DNA from: the human T2T-CHM13v2.0 reference genome, Homo sapiens
Length of the DNA stretch: 64,000 nucleotides
Strand: one strand, 5' to 3'
Assembly (NCBI RefSeq): GCF_009914755.1
Contig: NC_060935.1
The notes below the pieces were generated by a model. It searched no databases, had not been told where the DNA came from, and saw nothing but the letters and a program-made list of their open reading frames with translations. Made by a program: the position numbers and the translations under genes. The first letter of the stretch is position 1, and every line of letters begins with the position of its first letter. Positions 14,230-28,526 of this stretch are shown piece by piece.

Positions 14230-14730
14230 CTTCTTCCTCATCCCACCTCTTTGGTTCAGTTGAGGGTTGCCAGGACTGTACCCTAGCTCCCCTAAAAGCA
14301 GGGAAGCATGTGACCTCCTCCCTTTGGATATGATAATTGGGCCAAAGATTGAGATGAAACCCACATTAGATCTTCAAGCAACCTTTTCTGGGATTTTTCT
14401 AAGTGTAGCTGATAGGGAAGATTTCATTCTACTTAAGAGAATGAAAGAGTGCCAGTCTTGAGTAGCCTCTGGTCATGTTCCCTGCTGTGCTGAAAAATTC
14501 CATTTGATGTGTTATGTAATAGGAGAAAATGGCATGAATACAGAAAAACAAGATTCAGAGAGAAATTGAGAGTCCTGAGAATATCCAGGTTTCTTGTTTG
14601 ATTGTCACTGATTCTACAGTGGTATTCTGTCATTTGGTTTTATGAAGTAAAAAACCTCCCTGTTTTTGAAATTTTTAATTCTTAATATCTTTCAAGTTGG
14701 ATCTCTGTCATTTGTAATAGAAATTTTCTT
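14230..14730 (+). mobile_element. Old MLT1 (J/K/L-like) solo LTR
   Basis: Degenerate MLT1 3' end (ttcaagttggatctctgtcatttgtaatagaaa); boundaries approximate. Confidence 0.5.
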
Positions 14731-14789
14731 ATAAACACTCCATATGTGCGAAATGCTGAATTAAGCTTTTTTTATTGATCTTTTTCATT

Positions 14790-15445
14790 GTTTACTTTGT
14801 ATTTTGTTATTAGTTGACACATAGTAATTGTACATATTTACAGGGTACAGTGTGATGTTTTGATACATTTATACATCGTGTAATGAACAATTCAGGTAAT
14901 TAGCATATCTGTCACCTCAAATACTTGGCATTTCTTTTGGTAAGAACTTTCAAAGTCTTCTAGCTATTTTGAAATATGCTTTATTTTTAACTGTAGTCAT
15001 GCTACTGTACAGAACACCAAAACTTATTCCTCCTGTCTAACTATAACTTTGTACACATTGACCAACCTTTCTCCATCCTCTTCTCCCCTCTACCCTCTCA
15101 GCCTCTGGTAACCACTGCTATACTCTGCCTCTGTGGGATCAGCTTTCTAGATTCCACTTATGAATGACAGTATGAGATATTAGCCCTGTGCTTGACTTAT
15201 TTCACTTACCATAATGCCCTCTAGGTTCATCCATGTTGTCGCAAATGACAGGTTTTATTCTTTTTCATGGCTAAATCATATTCCATTGTGTATGTATACC
15301 ATGTTTTTTCACCCATTTACCTGATTGATATATATTTAGGTCTATTCTGTATCAACCTATTGGCTATTGTGAATAGTACAGCAATAACACAGGAATACAG
15401 ATATCTCTGTGGAACACTGATTTTATTTCCTTTGGATATATAACG
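14790..15445 (-). mobile_element. L1MA 3' end
   Basis: Antisense L1MA 3' UTR (taattgtacatatttacagggtacagtgtgatgttttgatac...ttcatccatgttgtcgcaaatgacagg). Confidence 0.85.
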
Positions 15446-15689
15446 TTTTAAAAATGCATTATCTCATGCAAAACTTAGAAATACTCCTATGGGAGTATTT
15501 TATGCAACCAAAACAAGGATGTGCAAAATCTCAATAATGGGGAACTAGAAAAGTCTTGAATATGTATGTGTGTGTAGGTGTTGGTATGTCTCTGTAAAAA
15601 TGTAGGTGTATACGAATATTTGATTCTTTATATAATACACATGCACAGAGGTAATCTGAATATAGATACATAATGAGGCAATACCTTGT

Positions 15690-16080
15690 GATTAAGTGAA
15701 TGGATATGTAGCTGTATGACCTCAGACATTATACATTCTGTTTCGAGCATTTGTAATTCCAGCAATGTATTATTCTGGAAACTCTTCTACTACTTGGTAT
15801 TTCAATTTTTATATCTATAAATAAGGATGATAACTATACTTATCTCATAGGTTTGTTGAGTATTATATGAGTGAATGTACATATATTATTTAGAACAATA
15901 AATTGCAATGCATAAAACAAGGAATAGAGATTGCCAAGACATATTAATGTTGTTAATATTAACAATAATTATAATAATAGCTACCACTGGCTGAGCTCTT
16001 ACTGTTATTCCACATATATTCTAAGCACAGCTGGTATACTTTCTGACTGTGAGCCACACAAACCCTACATAGATGGGAAC
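15690..16080. mobile_element. MIR fragments
   Basis: MIR-like segments (atctataaataaggatgataactatacttatctcataggtttgttgag; aataatagctaccactggctgagctcttactg). Confidence 0.5.
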
Positions 16081-17329
16081 CCTATGGTCCTTCTAATGGA
16101 ATGGAATTGAGTTTCTCCAGTAACATACATTTAGAAAAAAATGAAATAATGTTTCCTATGTTTAAATTCTTATATTTCAAAATAATTTTAATTAAAATAA
16201 AAATGTAAAAGAACCATATTAACTTTTTGAAACAATATATGTGGCTTTAACAAATTTCAGTAATTTAAAAATATAAACAATTTTTTCAGTATGCCAGAAA
16301 TACATGTCCCATGCAAAGCCCATATTCTATATGCACACATGATAATTTTACCCTTAAAATATTTGAATTAAATATGTAAGAATTTCTATATACAAAAACA
16401 TAAAGCTTCACATATAAAGCTACTTACACCTTCATGTGTTAGCCTCTAAACATATGCCCATATGCCCACTGAACTCGTAAATATCATTTCCAAAAAAGAC
16501 TGTCTCTCTAGCGTAGAAAGAGGAAATTTGACCCATGTCTTGGAGAGGAGTCAAATCAGAAACTCCTCCTGAGTATTACGTCTTTTTCCTTTGCTCGTTT
16601 TGCTTTGAGTTCCAGTTGAGCACTTTGAACACATATGTGAAGAAGGAAAACTGCTACCTCACAATTGGCAAGGTCTTAGTTTCTTTTTTAATGTTGCCTT
16701 TGGATTGTACTGTCCTTGAAATGTGGAAGAATTGAGGAAGCAAACAGTAGAACCATATTTAGCTCTATATCACTTCATAACTAATAATTTAGAAATGAAT
16801 CTCAAGTCAAATAATTAATTCTTCCTATCTATAGGATTTCAAATGGGCAAAACGATGTTCTCACCATTAGAATTCTGACGTTTAAAATTTTTTCACAGAT
16901 TCCCATCAATATTGTAAAAAAATCCTTAAAAATATGTTGTAAATATAAGCGCAAGAAATCAGTCAAAATTGGCCATTTAAAACATGTTTTGCTTGTTGGT
17001 CAATTCAACTAAATTTATTTTGGCAAATTATATTAAATATTTACTAATTAAGCAACTGAGCAAAGCACTACAAGTTATTGATATATTTGAACGTTTAGCC
17101 TAGTAGATTTTTGTTCTAATATGTTGTTTTTATTCTGATACTCAAAGAATAAACACTAAAGGAACTATACAACAGGATTCCTTTTAAAAGACATTTTCTT
17201 TTAACAATAAATACAGCTTTAGATTCTTATATGTAATATTGCACTTCGTATTTTAAATACCTTCCAGAAACTGTTTCCAAACTTTAATATTAAGAAACAA
17301 ACAAAAAGATATGAAAAAAAAATTTTTGA

Positions 17330-17647
<318 letters not shown>

Positions 17648-17716
17648 CTATGAATTTCTGAGACTTAAACTACTCTGAGGATGTATATGTTTGTCAATAA
17701 AATAATTGCCTAATGT

Positions 17717-18296
17717 ATATACCCAGTACCCAGTAATGGGATTGCTGGGTCAGATGGTATTCCTGATTCTAGATCCTTGAGGAATCGCCACACTGTCTTC
17801 CACAGTGGTTGAACTAATCATTCTACTATAAAGACACATGCACACGTATGTTTATTGTGGCACTATTCACAATAACAAAGACTTGGAACCAACCCAAATG
17901 TCCATTAATGATAGACTGGATTAAGAAAATGTGGTAATATACACCATGGAATACTATGCAGCCATAAAAAAGGATGAGTTCATGTCCTTTGCAGTGACAT
18001 GGATGAAGCTGGAAACCATCATTCTCAGGAAACTAACACAGGAACAGAAAACCAAACACCACATGATCTCACTCATAAGTGGGAGTTGAACAATGAGAAC
18101 ACATCGCCACAGGGAGGGGAAGATCACACCACTTGGGCCTGTCGGGGTGGGGGGCTAGGGGAGCGAGAGCATTAGGAGAAATACCTAATGTAAATGACGG
18201 GTTGATAGGTGCAGCAAACCACCATGATACGTGTATAGCTATGTAACAAACTTGCAAGTTTTGCCATTGTATCCCAGAACTTAAAGTATAACTTAA
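17717..18296 (+). mobile_element. L1PA (about PA7) 3' end with inverted 5' segment (twin priming)
   Basis: 17717-17818 antisense L1, 17819-18296 sense 3' end; perfect 18-bp TSD aaaataattgcctaatgt at 17699-17716 and 18297-18314. Confidence 0.92.
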
Positions 18297-19194
18297 AAAA
18301 TAATTGCCTAATGTGTAATGTATTCCTTGATTGGATTCCTGACACAATAAGGGTTAAGCAATAGCAGAGCAAAAGTTTACTGAACAAGTCCAAGTCACTA
18401 GTGCAGTTAATTTGTTTTTGTGGAGTCCATTTCTCAGCATTGATTTTTGATCTGGGCATACTTTGCCAGGAGCTGGAGTTATTTGCAGTCGAAAACATTG
18501 GCTCTGTTTTGTTTATTTTGTCGGGCAGCTCATGTCTATGTACAATCACTGCCTGGAAGAAAAAGTGGAAAAGCCTGTTACAAGTGAAGAAGCTGGATAG
18601 CAAACTACATAAGTACCTTCTTTCTATCTGGAAGGATTACATCTACCCTAATATACATATGCATTCAACTTGTTTTCCCTTTTTTGCTATAAGTCAAATA
18701 TGAGAAATTTATTCTATCTGCATTGACACTTTGCTTGTGTCTTCAGCTAGAGAAGCAAATGTTTTTAAGGCCATGCTTTTTTCTACAATCTATCAGAATA
18801 TTCAATGTAAGGGCCAACCAAAAGGTAAGATGGAAAAACTCAAGGCAGTATTTTCCACATCTCTGTCAGAATATACAATCAATCCACTCACACACGTTTG
18901 GCTGACTGGTCAATATGACTATTTAGAACATAAAGTTGGCATGCACTTATGTCCTTAGAAGGTGTGTCTTCCCTAATATTTTGAGAGCTCTTTAAGGAAA
19001 AAGAGTGCATTTTATTTACTAATGTAATTCCTATTAAGTATATTGCCCATTAGTATATCTCACTGAAATTGACAATATGTGTAAATGACAATATGTGATA
19101 AAAGACTGAACAAAAATTTAAAAAGAACTTGAAGCACTTCATCAATGTCAATTCTTAAAAAAAAAAAAAAAAAGGAAAAAAACCCTAGACTTGC

Positions 19195-21545
19195 TATTCA
19201 GATCATTTGCCCATATTACAAGTAGATGATTGGCTTTTTTGCTACTGAGATGTTTGTGTTCCTTACATATTCTGGGTATTAATTCCCTGTCAGATGAATA
19301 GTTTGCCCATATTTTTTCCCATTCTGTAGTTGTCTTTTTACTCTTGTTTCCTTTGCCATGTACAAGCTTATTAGTTTACATTAACCCCATTTGTTTGTTT
19401 CTGCTTTTATTGTCTGTGCTTTTGAGGTCTTAGTCATCACATCTTTTTCACAGATCAGTTTCCTGAAGCATTTCCCCTATGTTTTCTTCTAGTAGTTTTA
19501 TAGTTTCAAGTCTTACATTGAGGTCTTCAATCCATTTTGAGCTTCAATCTATTTTGTGCTTCAATACATTTGGTAAAGGGTGTAGTTTCACTCTTCTTCA
19601 TTTGGATATCCAATTTTCCCCGAACTGTTTTTTAAAGAGACTGTACTTTCCCCCGTGAAAGTTCTTGGCACCTTTGTCAAAAATCAGTTGGCTACAAACG
19701 TGGATTTATTTCTGGCTTCTCTTTTCTGTTCCATTGGTCTATGTGTTTGTTTTTATGCCAGTAGTATGCTGTTTTGTTTACTATAATCTTGTAGTATATT
19801 TTGAAATCTAGTAGTCTCATACTTTCAGTCTTGTTCTTTTTGCTCAGTATTATTTTTCACTATTAATGATCTTTTGTGGTTCCATACAAACGTTAATTTT
19901 TTTCTATTTTTGTATAGAATATCATTTGTATTTTGATAGAAATTGCATTGAATTTGTAGATTGCTTTGCATAGTATGAACATTTTAGCAATATTAATTCT
20001 TCCAGTTCATGAATATGAGATTTCTCTTCATTTTTTTGTGTGTCTTCTTTGATTTCTTTCATCAGTTTGTTATACTATTTTTTTTTTGGAGGGACCTTTT
20101 ACCTCCATCATTAAATTTATTCCAAGGCATTTTATTTTTTTTTGGTATCTATACTAATGGGGTTACTTATTCAGCTACTTTGTTATTTGTGTATAGAAAC
20201 ACTGTTGATTCTTGTATGTTGATTTTGTATTTGCAACTTGATCAAATGTATTTATCAGTTCCCAAAGGTTTTTCTTAGGGTTTTTAGGTTTTTCTATATA
20301 TAAGATCACATGGTCTACACAGATAATTTAACTTCCTCTTTCCCTATTTGGATGTTCCTTCTTGCTTTCTGGTTTCCTCATTCAGTATGATGTTACCTGT
20401 GGGTTTACCACAGATAGCCTTTATTGTGTTGAGGTACTTTCCTTCTTTGCCTAACTTGTCGAGTGATTTTATCATGAAAGAATATTGAATTTTAGTAAAT
20501 GCTGTTTCTGCATCTATTGAAATTATTACGTGGTTTTTGGCTTTTATTCTGTTGATGGTGATGTATCATGTTTATTGATTTGCATATCATGAACTAGCCT
20601 TGCATTCCTGGGATAAATAAATCCCACTTGATCATGGTTTTGGCCAATAAATTTGTAAAAAATGTTCAGCATTACTAATGATCAGGTAAATGCAAATGAA
20701 AACCACAATAAGCTGTCATCTCACCCAAGTTACAATGACTATTATCAAAAAGGCAATACATAACAAATGCTGGGAAAGATGTGGAGAAAAGGGAACTCTT
20801 GTATGCTGTTGGTAGGAATGTAAACCAGTGCAGTCACTATGGAGAACAGTATGGAGGTTCCTTAAAGAACTAAAAATAGCACTACCATATGATTCATTAA
20901 TCCTACTACTGGATATTTATCCAAAAGAAGTAAGTATGTCAAAGAGATATTCTCACCCTACGTTTATTGCAGCACTATTCACAATAGCCAAAATATGGAA
21001 TCAACCCAAATGTCCAAGAGGAAACGAATAAAGAGAATGTGGTATATATTTACAATGGAATACTATGTGGCTATTAAAAAGAATAAAACCCCATCATTTC
21101 TGGTAACATGAATGAGCTAGAGGATATTATGCTAAGTAAAATAAGTCAGGAAGAGGAAATTAAACACTGCATGTCCCACTCATATGCAGAAAAAGTTAAA
21201 TTCACAGAAGTAAAGACTAGAACCGAGAATTCTAGAAGTTGAGAATGGTAGGAAGAAGCAGGGAGGGGGATAGGGAGAAATTTGTTAAAGGATACACAAC
21301 TACAGCTAGATTGGAGGAATAAGTTATAGTATTCTATAACACTATGGCATAACTATAGTCAAGAAAATACCAAATATTTTCAATAAGAGAAGATATTGAA
21401 AGTTCCCAATAAACAAAAAATGATAAATATTTGAGAATCTTGATATGCTAGTTGTGCTAATTACTATACATTTTATGTATCAAAACATCACTGTATGCCC
21501 CATAAATAGAAACAATTATTGTGAATTTAAAAATAAATAATATTG
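19195..21545 (+). mobile_element. L1MA with 5' inversion: ~19195-20640 antisense ORF2, ~20641-21545 sense 3' end
   Basis: Orientation switch near 20640; degenerate TSD tagacttgcta (~19186) / tagtcttgcta (~21551). Confidence 0.85.
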
Positions 21546-24281
21546 AAAAATAGTCTTGCTAATTACAAATTATTTCGCATGTTTATATAGAAGTATCTCC
21601 CAAATTACTTCTATTAATTTAAACTTAGTAAAATACTCTGGATTTATTTATTCAATCATTTAGTTTTATCCTGATCAAAATGAGTCAGAATCCCACTGAA
21701 ATTCTGAAACAAGAGAAACATCAATAAGGTAGAATTGTCATTAGGAGAAAATTCAGAATTTATTGGCTATCATAAAGATGAAAATGTCAATGTTGCAACT
21801 TTATTTTCCCTGGAATAAATCTCAGGTATTTTACTGACACAAATGGGCACAGAAGTCTTTGAATAATGAGCAGATACTGAAAGAAAATATTTTTTGGTGA
21901 CCTGCAGAACTTCCAAAACCACAGTATGTGTTGTAAAGTTACTTTGGGTTGAATATGAAGACCTACAATATAGTAAGATATTTATTGCTTAAAAGATAAA
22001 AAATGAAGAAAGCAAAATTATCTGGAGAGAAATTTCATTTGTTTAAGAAGGGGGCTCACTGAAGAAGGAAATTTTTAGTGAAACATTAAGTTTTTTCCTA
22101 CAGAGCAAATAGTTTTTTGAATAAAACAGTCTGGAGACTTGATTCATTTGGCTCTGTTTACTCAAGGTTATCTGAAGTATTGCCAATACTTTATGTTGGT
22201 TACTTGATTACAAAAATTGTTTGTATTTTCAACCTTTTTATAAATGAGTCTTTACAGCAAACCTATACCACTTCTCATTCCCACAGGAATGATTCTTGGA
22301 ATACCTATATGTATGTCAGGATCCTCTCTCACATCAATAAGAGTTGTAATCTACCTGAAATGTGTTATTTTTCCATGCATTTGGAGCATGCAAAAGACAT
22401 AAAAAGAGTATTTTTTTCTGAACTGTTGAGCTATATGCCAATCTGAAAAATGAAAGCTACTTCTGTAATAAATTTTTTGGTATGGAACATTATTACTCAA
22501 GTTGAATCTTAATATTACAGAGTCACAAGAGAATTGTAAAAACTGTGATCTCAATGAATTAATTTATAGTGAGAAATATAACTATCAAGTAGGCTACTCA
22601 TGTTCGGAGTCAGTGTTTTCTTTCCTCATCAGCAAATCTAATGGGGAGTCAGATATTATTCAGAAAGTTTTTTGGTAGGCATGAACTCTAAGCAAGTGGA
22701 GTTAGTTCATTCACCTGAATAGATGATTATAAAGCTATGATAACATAAATAACGCATCAGTCTCTATTATACTAATCATCTCTGCTACATGAGTAAGACC
22801 CAGGCTTTTGTGGGATAGGCTACTCTCAGCCAGATAGCACCATAAGAACATTACTGATTTTTTTTAAAACATAGATGTTACATAAACTACTTTCATTTTT
22901 GTTCTTTCCTTAGACAAAAAGCAAGGCAACTTCCTGTGATAAAAGTTTTCTTAGTTAAAAGGAACAACATTCAGTTGCTCTTCTCTAATACTCATCTCTC
23001 TTTAGCTGAATTTTGGAAGTACACTGGCAATCTCTTGTGTGATCCTTCTACTACAAATGAAATAATACTCAGTAGTAGTTCAACATTCCAATTATGACTT
23101 TTTCATTGTAATTATTTTTAAACTGATATCTGAAATTGTACACATTTATGGGGTACATGGTGATGCTTTGATACATAAGCTAAATGCCCTAATTATTATA
23201 TATTGTATCTGTAATCTCAAATATTTAGCAATTTGGGCAATTAGGCCCAAAACACAGTTCAATAATGTTCTTATCTATGTCTTTCCACTTAAGGATTTAA
23301 AGAAACCAAGTTTCTACCTTCAGAAAAGATGTTAAATGAGAAGAATAAGAGAAATTGTCTCATCGTTTCTAATTTATTCTCAATATATGCTCCAACTTAG
23401 AAGTTATTTGTTATTTAACATGCACAATCAAGATGGGACTCTGTCCTTTTTAGAAAAGGAAAGTTGCTTAGCATAAAATGCAAGATACAGGTGAATAATT
23501 TGAGGACATATATCACAGCTCATGTAGCCTGAAATTTGAAAAAGGGAAACAGTTATGTTAAAACAGAAATCCCACAATCATCAAAAATTTAGTAAAATTG
23601 ATAACATAGTATCTTAGATCATTCTATTAAATGTTTATTGCATGTGGCAATTGGAGAGTGCAGGAAGGGGAAAGAAGTTAAAATATAAGCAGATGAGAAA
23701 AGGTTAAAAAAAAATTCTAAAGGAACAATATCTTCCCTAAAAGCAATTCATCCTAGAAAATGATAGAAATTCTAATCTGTGGGTAGGCAATTTGATCCAA
23801 AGCACATTTAAATGTAATATCATAGAACAAGCTCTCTTCATGCCCCTAGTAAGAATCGAAGTGACAGATATAAAGTGTTTTAGCTATTAGACTTTCATGA
23901 ATCATACTCCAAATTGTAAAATATTTTGTTTTATTTTTATCAAATCTGTGTTTCATCTAGGAGAACAGACTGGTTTAAAAAACCCATCTAGTTAAAATAA
24001 AATGAAGTGTTATATAAATTAAAATCAAGTCACTTCCCTAATATGCTTTTATCAGCACTTACTTTTTAACCCTATCAACGGCCTCAGGATTATATGTAAA
24101 CTTTCTTTAACATGAAAATCAACTATAAAATTAAAAATCCTCATCTCAAGATATCCTTTTGTTTTTTACTTACCCATATGACTGAGACAATAACTGAATA
24201 AGAATTACAGAAAATGGATAAGATTTCATATAAAGATTTGAAAAAAAAGTTCTGCGTTAGAAAGGAATGAAATTTACTGAC

Positions 24282-24860
24282 TACATTAGTTTTCTACTGC
24301 TGCATAACACGTTGCCACAAACTTGGCAGCACAAACACCACAAATGCATTATCTCAAAGTTTCTGTGGTTCAGAATCTCCAGCGTGGATTAAGGATCTCC
24401 TCTGTTGAGCATCTCACAAGACTAAAATCAAGATGTTGTCTGGGGCTGCAGTCTTATCTCTCATCTGAAGGTCTTCCAAGGTGATTTAGGTTGTTGGAAG
24501 AATTCAGTTTACTGAGGTTAAGACTGAAGTCTTCATTGTCTTGCTACCTGTCAGCCAGAGTGACTTTCACCTCCTAGAAGCTGTCCTCAGGCCTTAGTCA
24601 TATAGCCCCCTCTCACAACATGACTGCTTACTTCTTCAGTGCCAGCAGGGCAATCTATCTTCAGTTGGTTATAATAGCATCTTACATAACATAAAATAAT
24701 GACACCATCATCTATACTATCTATACCATCATCTTTGTCATATAAAGTAACCTAATCAAGAGAGTGACTGTTCTATATGATTCAGAGGTTCTCCCAACAT
24801 TTAAAAGGAACGCTTTATAAGAGCTGTGTCCACCGGAAAGCGGTATTACGAAGTACATCT
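24282..24860 (-). mobile_element. MLT1 (D/E-like) solo LTR
   Basis: Begins attagttttctactgctgcataacac...ccacaaacttggcagc; contains aaaatcaagatgttgtctggggctgc. Confidence 0.75.
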
Positions 24861-24904
24861 CACGATCCTGTCAACCAGAGTGATTTATTTGAATCTTACA
24901 AGGC

Positions 24905-25252
24905 TGTAGTCACTATCCCAATTATAAATTTTGAAAGCTCTGAAAATCAAAACCTTGTCTAACTTATTTGGTGAAAAATTTTGATCAGAACTTACACATA
25001 ATTTATATAACTTAGTCCATTTTGTACAACTATTTAAGTTTGCAGTCGAAATACTAACATGCTTCAGAATGAAGTACATTATGTATACACTATTATATAA
25101 TCATTATTTTGTGTGTTATTAAACAACTCACTGAAGGTGTTCAGTAATATACTGAATATGTGCAGCAAAGTAGTACCTTTCTAAAGTCTAAACAATCTCT
25201 AACCCTGAAACACATCTGCCCCCAAGGGTTTCAGATAAGAAATTTTGGGCCA
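24905..25252. mobile_element. Old Tigger-like DNA transposon relic
   Basis: End gaaacacatctgcccccaagggtttcagataagaaattttgggcc resembles a Tigger-family terminus; subfamily not determined. Confidence 0.4.
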
Positions 25253-27182
25253 AATTTATTAAAGTTCTTTAAAAAGGAGTTCATTGAGAAAGGGTTTATT
25301 TCAAGAATATATAAACCTTGGGGTAAGCTCAACATTTGCTGATTTAAATGACCTTCAAAAGGATAAGGATGAGGAAAGACAAAGAAAAAACAATTGTTTA
25401 TACATCAAATCTGAATTCACTGGTTTCAATTTTATTGGGGACAACTTTGAAAAATAGGGCAATAATGACAGGGAGATCCATATTAAATACAAGGTAAGGG
25501 AAAATATTTATTTTACTAATTTGTTCAAGTTACTAAATGAGTGAACTCATAGACAGATTGGATTTGTACTACTAAACTGTAGTACAAAGAATTGTCTCTT
25601 TCATTTTCCCAAAATGCATGGTACATTTAGGGCAAGACATTTTTTTATAAGCTTGTTTATCTCATCTTTTTCCCCATAAGCACAGTATCTGGCTCTTGGG
25701 GCAAAACCTGTTTCACTTAACAGCCAATTTATCCATCCAGATTTGAGTCAACTAATAAAAATTTTACATGTTCATAGCTCCCCCGTCTCAGATTTCAACC
25801 TTAAATCAGTAAGTAGTTCTATTTATTGAAGAATTACCATATTTAAAGAAAGTGTGTATCTTGGTGACAATAGCTAGGAAAACGGAAGTCCTCAATCCGT
25901 GTCTATCAATACTAAATGTAAAATGTGAGGGGGGAAAATGCTTCTAGGCAAGAAAGAAATGTAAATTGGTCTGTCACCAAAGTCCCTCTCCTTTGAAATG
26001 TCTTATAATTTACATGTAATATATGTGAATTTACAAGCAGCACTATAACTTGCACTTTGAAAGCAATGCTTGAGTTAATTAAATGAGCTCCTAGGAGAGC
26101 ATGGATTTCTCATCAGATCTTTGCTATAGTCAGGTTTGAGAATTTAATTGAGGATATTCGCTTCTTCATAATGAACAGAGTAATTTTATAGAATTTTTTT
26201 TAATGTTTTCTACAATGGATTGTTAGGCAGCTTCTAAACTGTAAGTTAAAATGATATATCCCTCTTTGTCTAAATACTGCCAAAGCAGTCAGTCAAGGCA
26301 GTTCAACTGCTGTTATTTCTATTAAAAAAAAAATCCATCAAGTTGTTTAAGTACAAAACAAAATCAAAAAAGCCGTTAATGAATATTTTTACCCTTCAGT
26401 GATGATAAATATTTTATTAGAATGCAAACAAGCAGTGAAAGCACAAAAGGAAATTTATCAGAACTGAGTCTTTGCTTGAATTTTGAGTGATTACTAGGTA
26501 TGTTTTCAAACAGCACTGCCTGAACATAGCTTTTAAGTTTTTCAAATTAAAATAGCAGATGTCCACAGTAGCTGTGTGTATTAGAATTGTTTAATTTATG
26601 GAGCTAAAATATATGGTAGGCCAAATCTAAACAGTGTTAGAATTTTGAGATTGGTAGCCTCCTCTTCCTATGGAAGGAGCTTGCTAAGGGGTGTATCAGC
26701 TTCTTAAATAGGCCATTGGCATTCTTAGAGGTTTAGCGTGGATGGGATTAGGCAAAGGTGGAGTTCAATTTGGAGGTTCTGATAATGCAAAAGAGGCAAG
26801 AGAGGATGGCTGTGGAACAGGGGGTAGTATGGGACCAATGGATATGAAATGGTCCTTCAGAAATCACATTAAAAATGATGTAGGTTTCAATCAAATCAGA
26901 TTTTCTGATCTACATCTACTGGTGAAGTTACTGAGTTGGGTGAGAAAGAATGAAGACCTGAGTTGTTGTTAAATTAAATTGCTTATTATGTAAGCAATTG
27001 CCTGCCTAAAATGATGTCCCTTAAGTGCTTAAAAGGTCTGAACATTAATTGCATTTTCTATAATGCTCGTTTAGACTAAAACAAATTAAATCAATTAAAC
27101 AAATCTTAGAAGATGTATTGTGTAAAAATCCCAAGTCTTTTTTAGTAGACCTTAAATAAAAGTTTTGTAAACATAATAGATT

Positions 27183-27759
27183 TGTTGCCTGATGTACACA
27201 GCAAGTCAGTGTGTTGAGAAACTAGGTTGCAGCAGAAAAAAGGTTTAATCTTAGTGTCCCTGAATGAGGAGATGGGAGGACACATCAACTCTATCTCAAC
27301 TTATATGGGTTTAGAGTTTATAAGGGTTTTGGAATGGGCTGCAGTGTGAAGATCTCTGATTGGTGGAAGAGTGCTGCGTGAAGTCATGGACCAGGGAGAT
27401 GAAGAAGCTGTATTCTCATGCAGATCCCATTCCTCTGTGGGGGTCCTCAAGCTGGTAGGTAGAATTTGGGGTCTTCAAAAAATCTTAAGTGGTCCTTAAG
27501 TAAAATCCTTGTGATTCTAATGTCAGAGGTCCTGTCTGAAGGGACAATGAGTATCAAATCAATTATTAAACAGTCTTACAAGCCTAATGTCAGAAATCCT
27601 ATCTATAGGAACAATGTGGATGTGAACAGTATCTAGTGCTACAAGACTCTCGGCAAGAAGAAGTGGTCCAAAGTACAGCCTGACTAATACTAAGTTATGA
27701 TTATATTTCTGTCCAGAACTTGGCAAACGATTCTTGTCAACTGCATGAGGACAATTCCA
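27183..27759 (-). mobile_element. ERV1 solo LTR (LOR1-like)
   Basis: tgttgcctgatgtacacagcaagtca...ggttgcagcagaaaaaaggtttaatc; internal direct repeat ctaatgtcaga...acaatg (2 copies); TG...CA ends. Confidence 0.65.
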
Positions 27760-28149
27760 GTTCTATAGCTTAAAAGTTAGATATGCAGACTGGGAGACTT
27801 CTTCAGAAAAATCTCTTGCATGCTTCCTTCAGGCTAGTTGTCTGTCCCCTCAAGGTCCTAGGTCCATAGTCTTTTCATAAAGGTCAGAATCTCTTTGGAA
27901 GCAAACAGTTGCAGTGTCAGTAAATTACTCCCTTGAACTGATCTTGGGGACTGTGGGATTAATTTGGCTTTGAACACGGAATACTGAAAATAGAAGCATC
28001 AGTCTTTATTTATCCAGTTTCTGTATAATAAATTCCATTGCCGCTTTATCCATTTTATATACATACATACACCTATACACACACATAGATGTATATACGC
28101 ACACACATATCACACACATACACACATAGGTAATGAGGTAGTAGTAGAA

Positions 28150-28526
28150 TAAAGAGGTAGGATGTAAAGACAGGAATAAATTTATCCATGACTCCAAATA
28201 AATGTGTGAACTTTTAATATTCCATTTAGCTATTCAGAGGCTCCACAATAATACACGCATAAAATACAAATATATACACACACGTGTATATACACACATA
28301 TATATACACATATATGCATGTGTGTATATATATGTGTTTCTGTATTGTAGCACCTCTGAATACATGTATGTGTGTATGTGTGTATATAGGTATAAGTGTG
28401 TGTACATATGTGTAAGTGTGTGTGTTATTGTGGAGCCTCTGAAGAGCTAAATGGAGTATTAAAAGCCCACAAATTTATTTGCAGTCATAGATAAATTAAT
28501 TCCTGTCTTTACATCCTACCTCTTTA
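28150..28526. repeat. Long inverted repeat: 107-bp arms, 163-bp (CA/TA/TG) spacer
   Basis: 28150-28256 vs reverse complement of 28420-28526: 98/107 identical, ungapped (hand alignment). Confidence 0.95.

Noticed and set aside
25563-25588. 10-bp-stem hairpin tttgtactac...gtagtacaaa, and similar short palindromes near 15950 and 39320
   Set aside because: Short AT-rich hairpins are expected by chance in 64 kb.
27537-27615. ~33-bp direct repeat ctaatgtcaga...acaatg
   Set aside because: Lies within an ERV1 LTR and is probably intrinsic to it.
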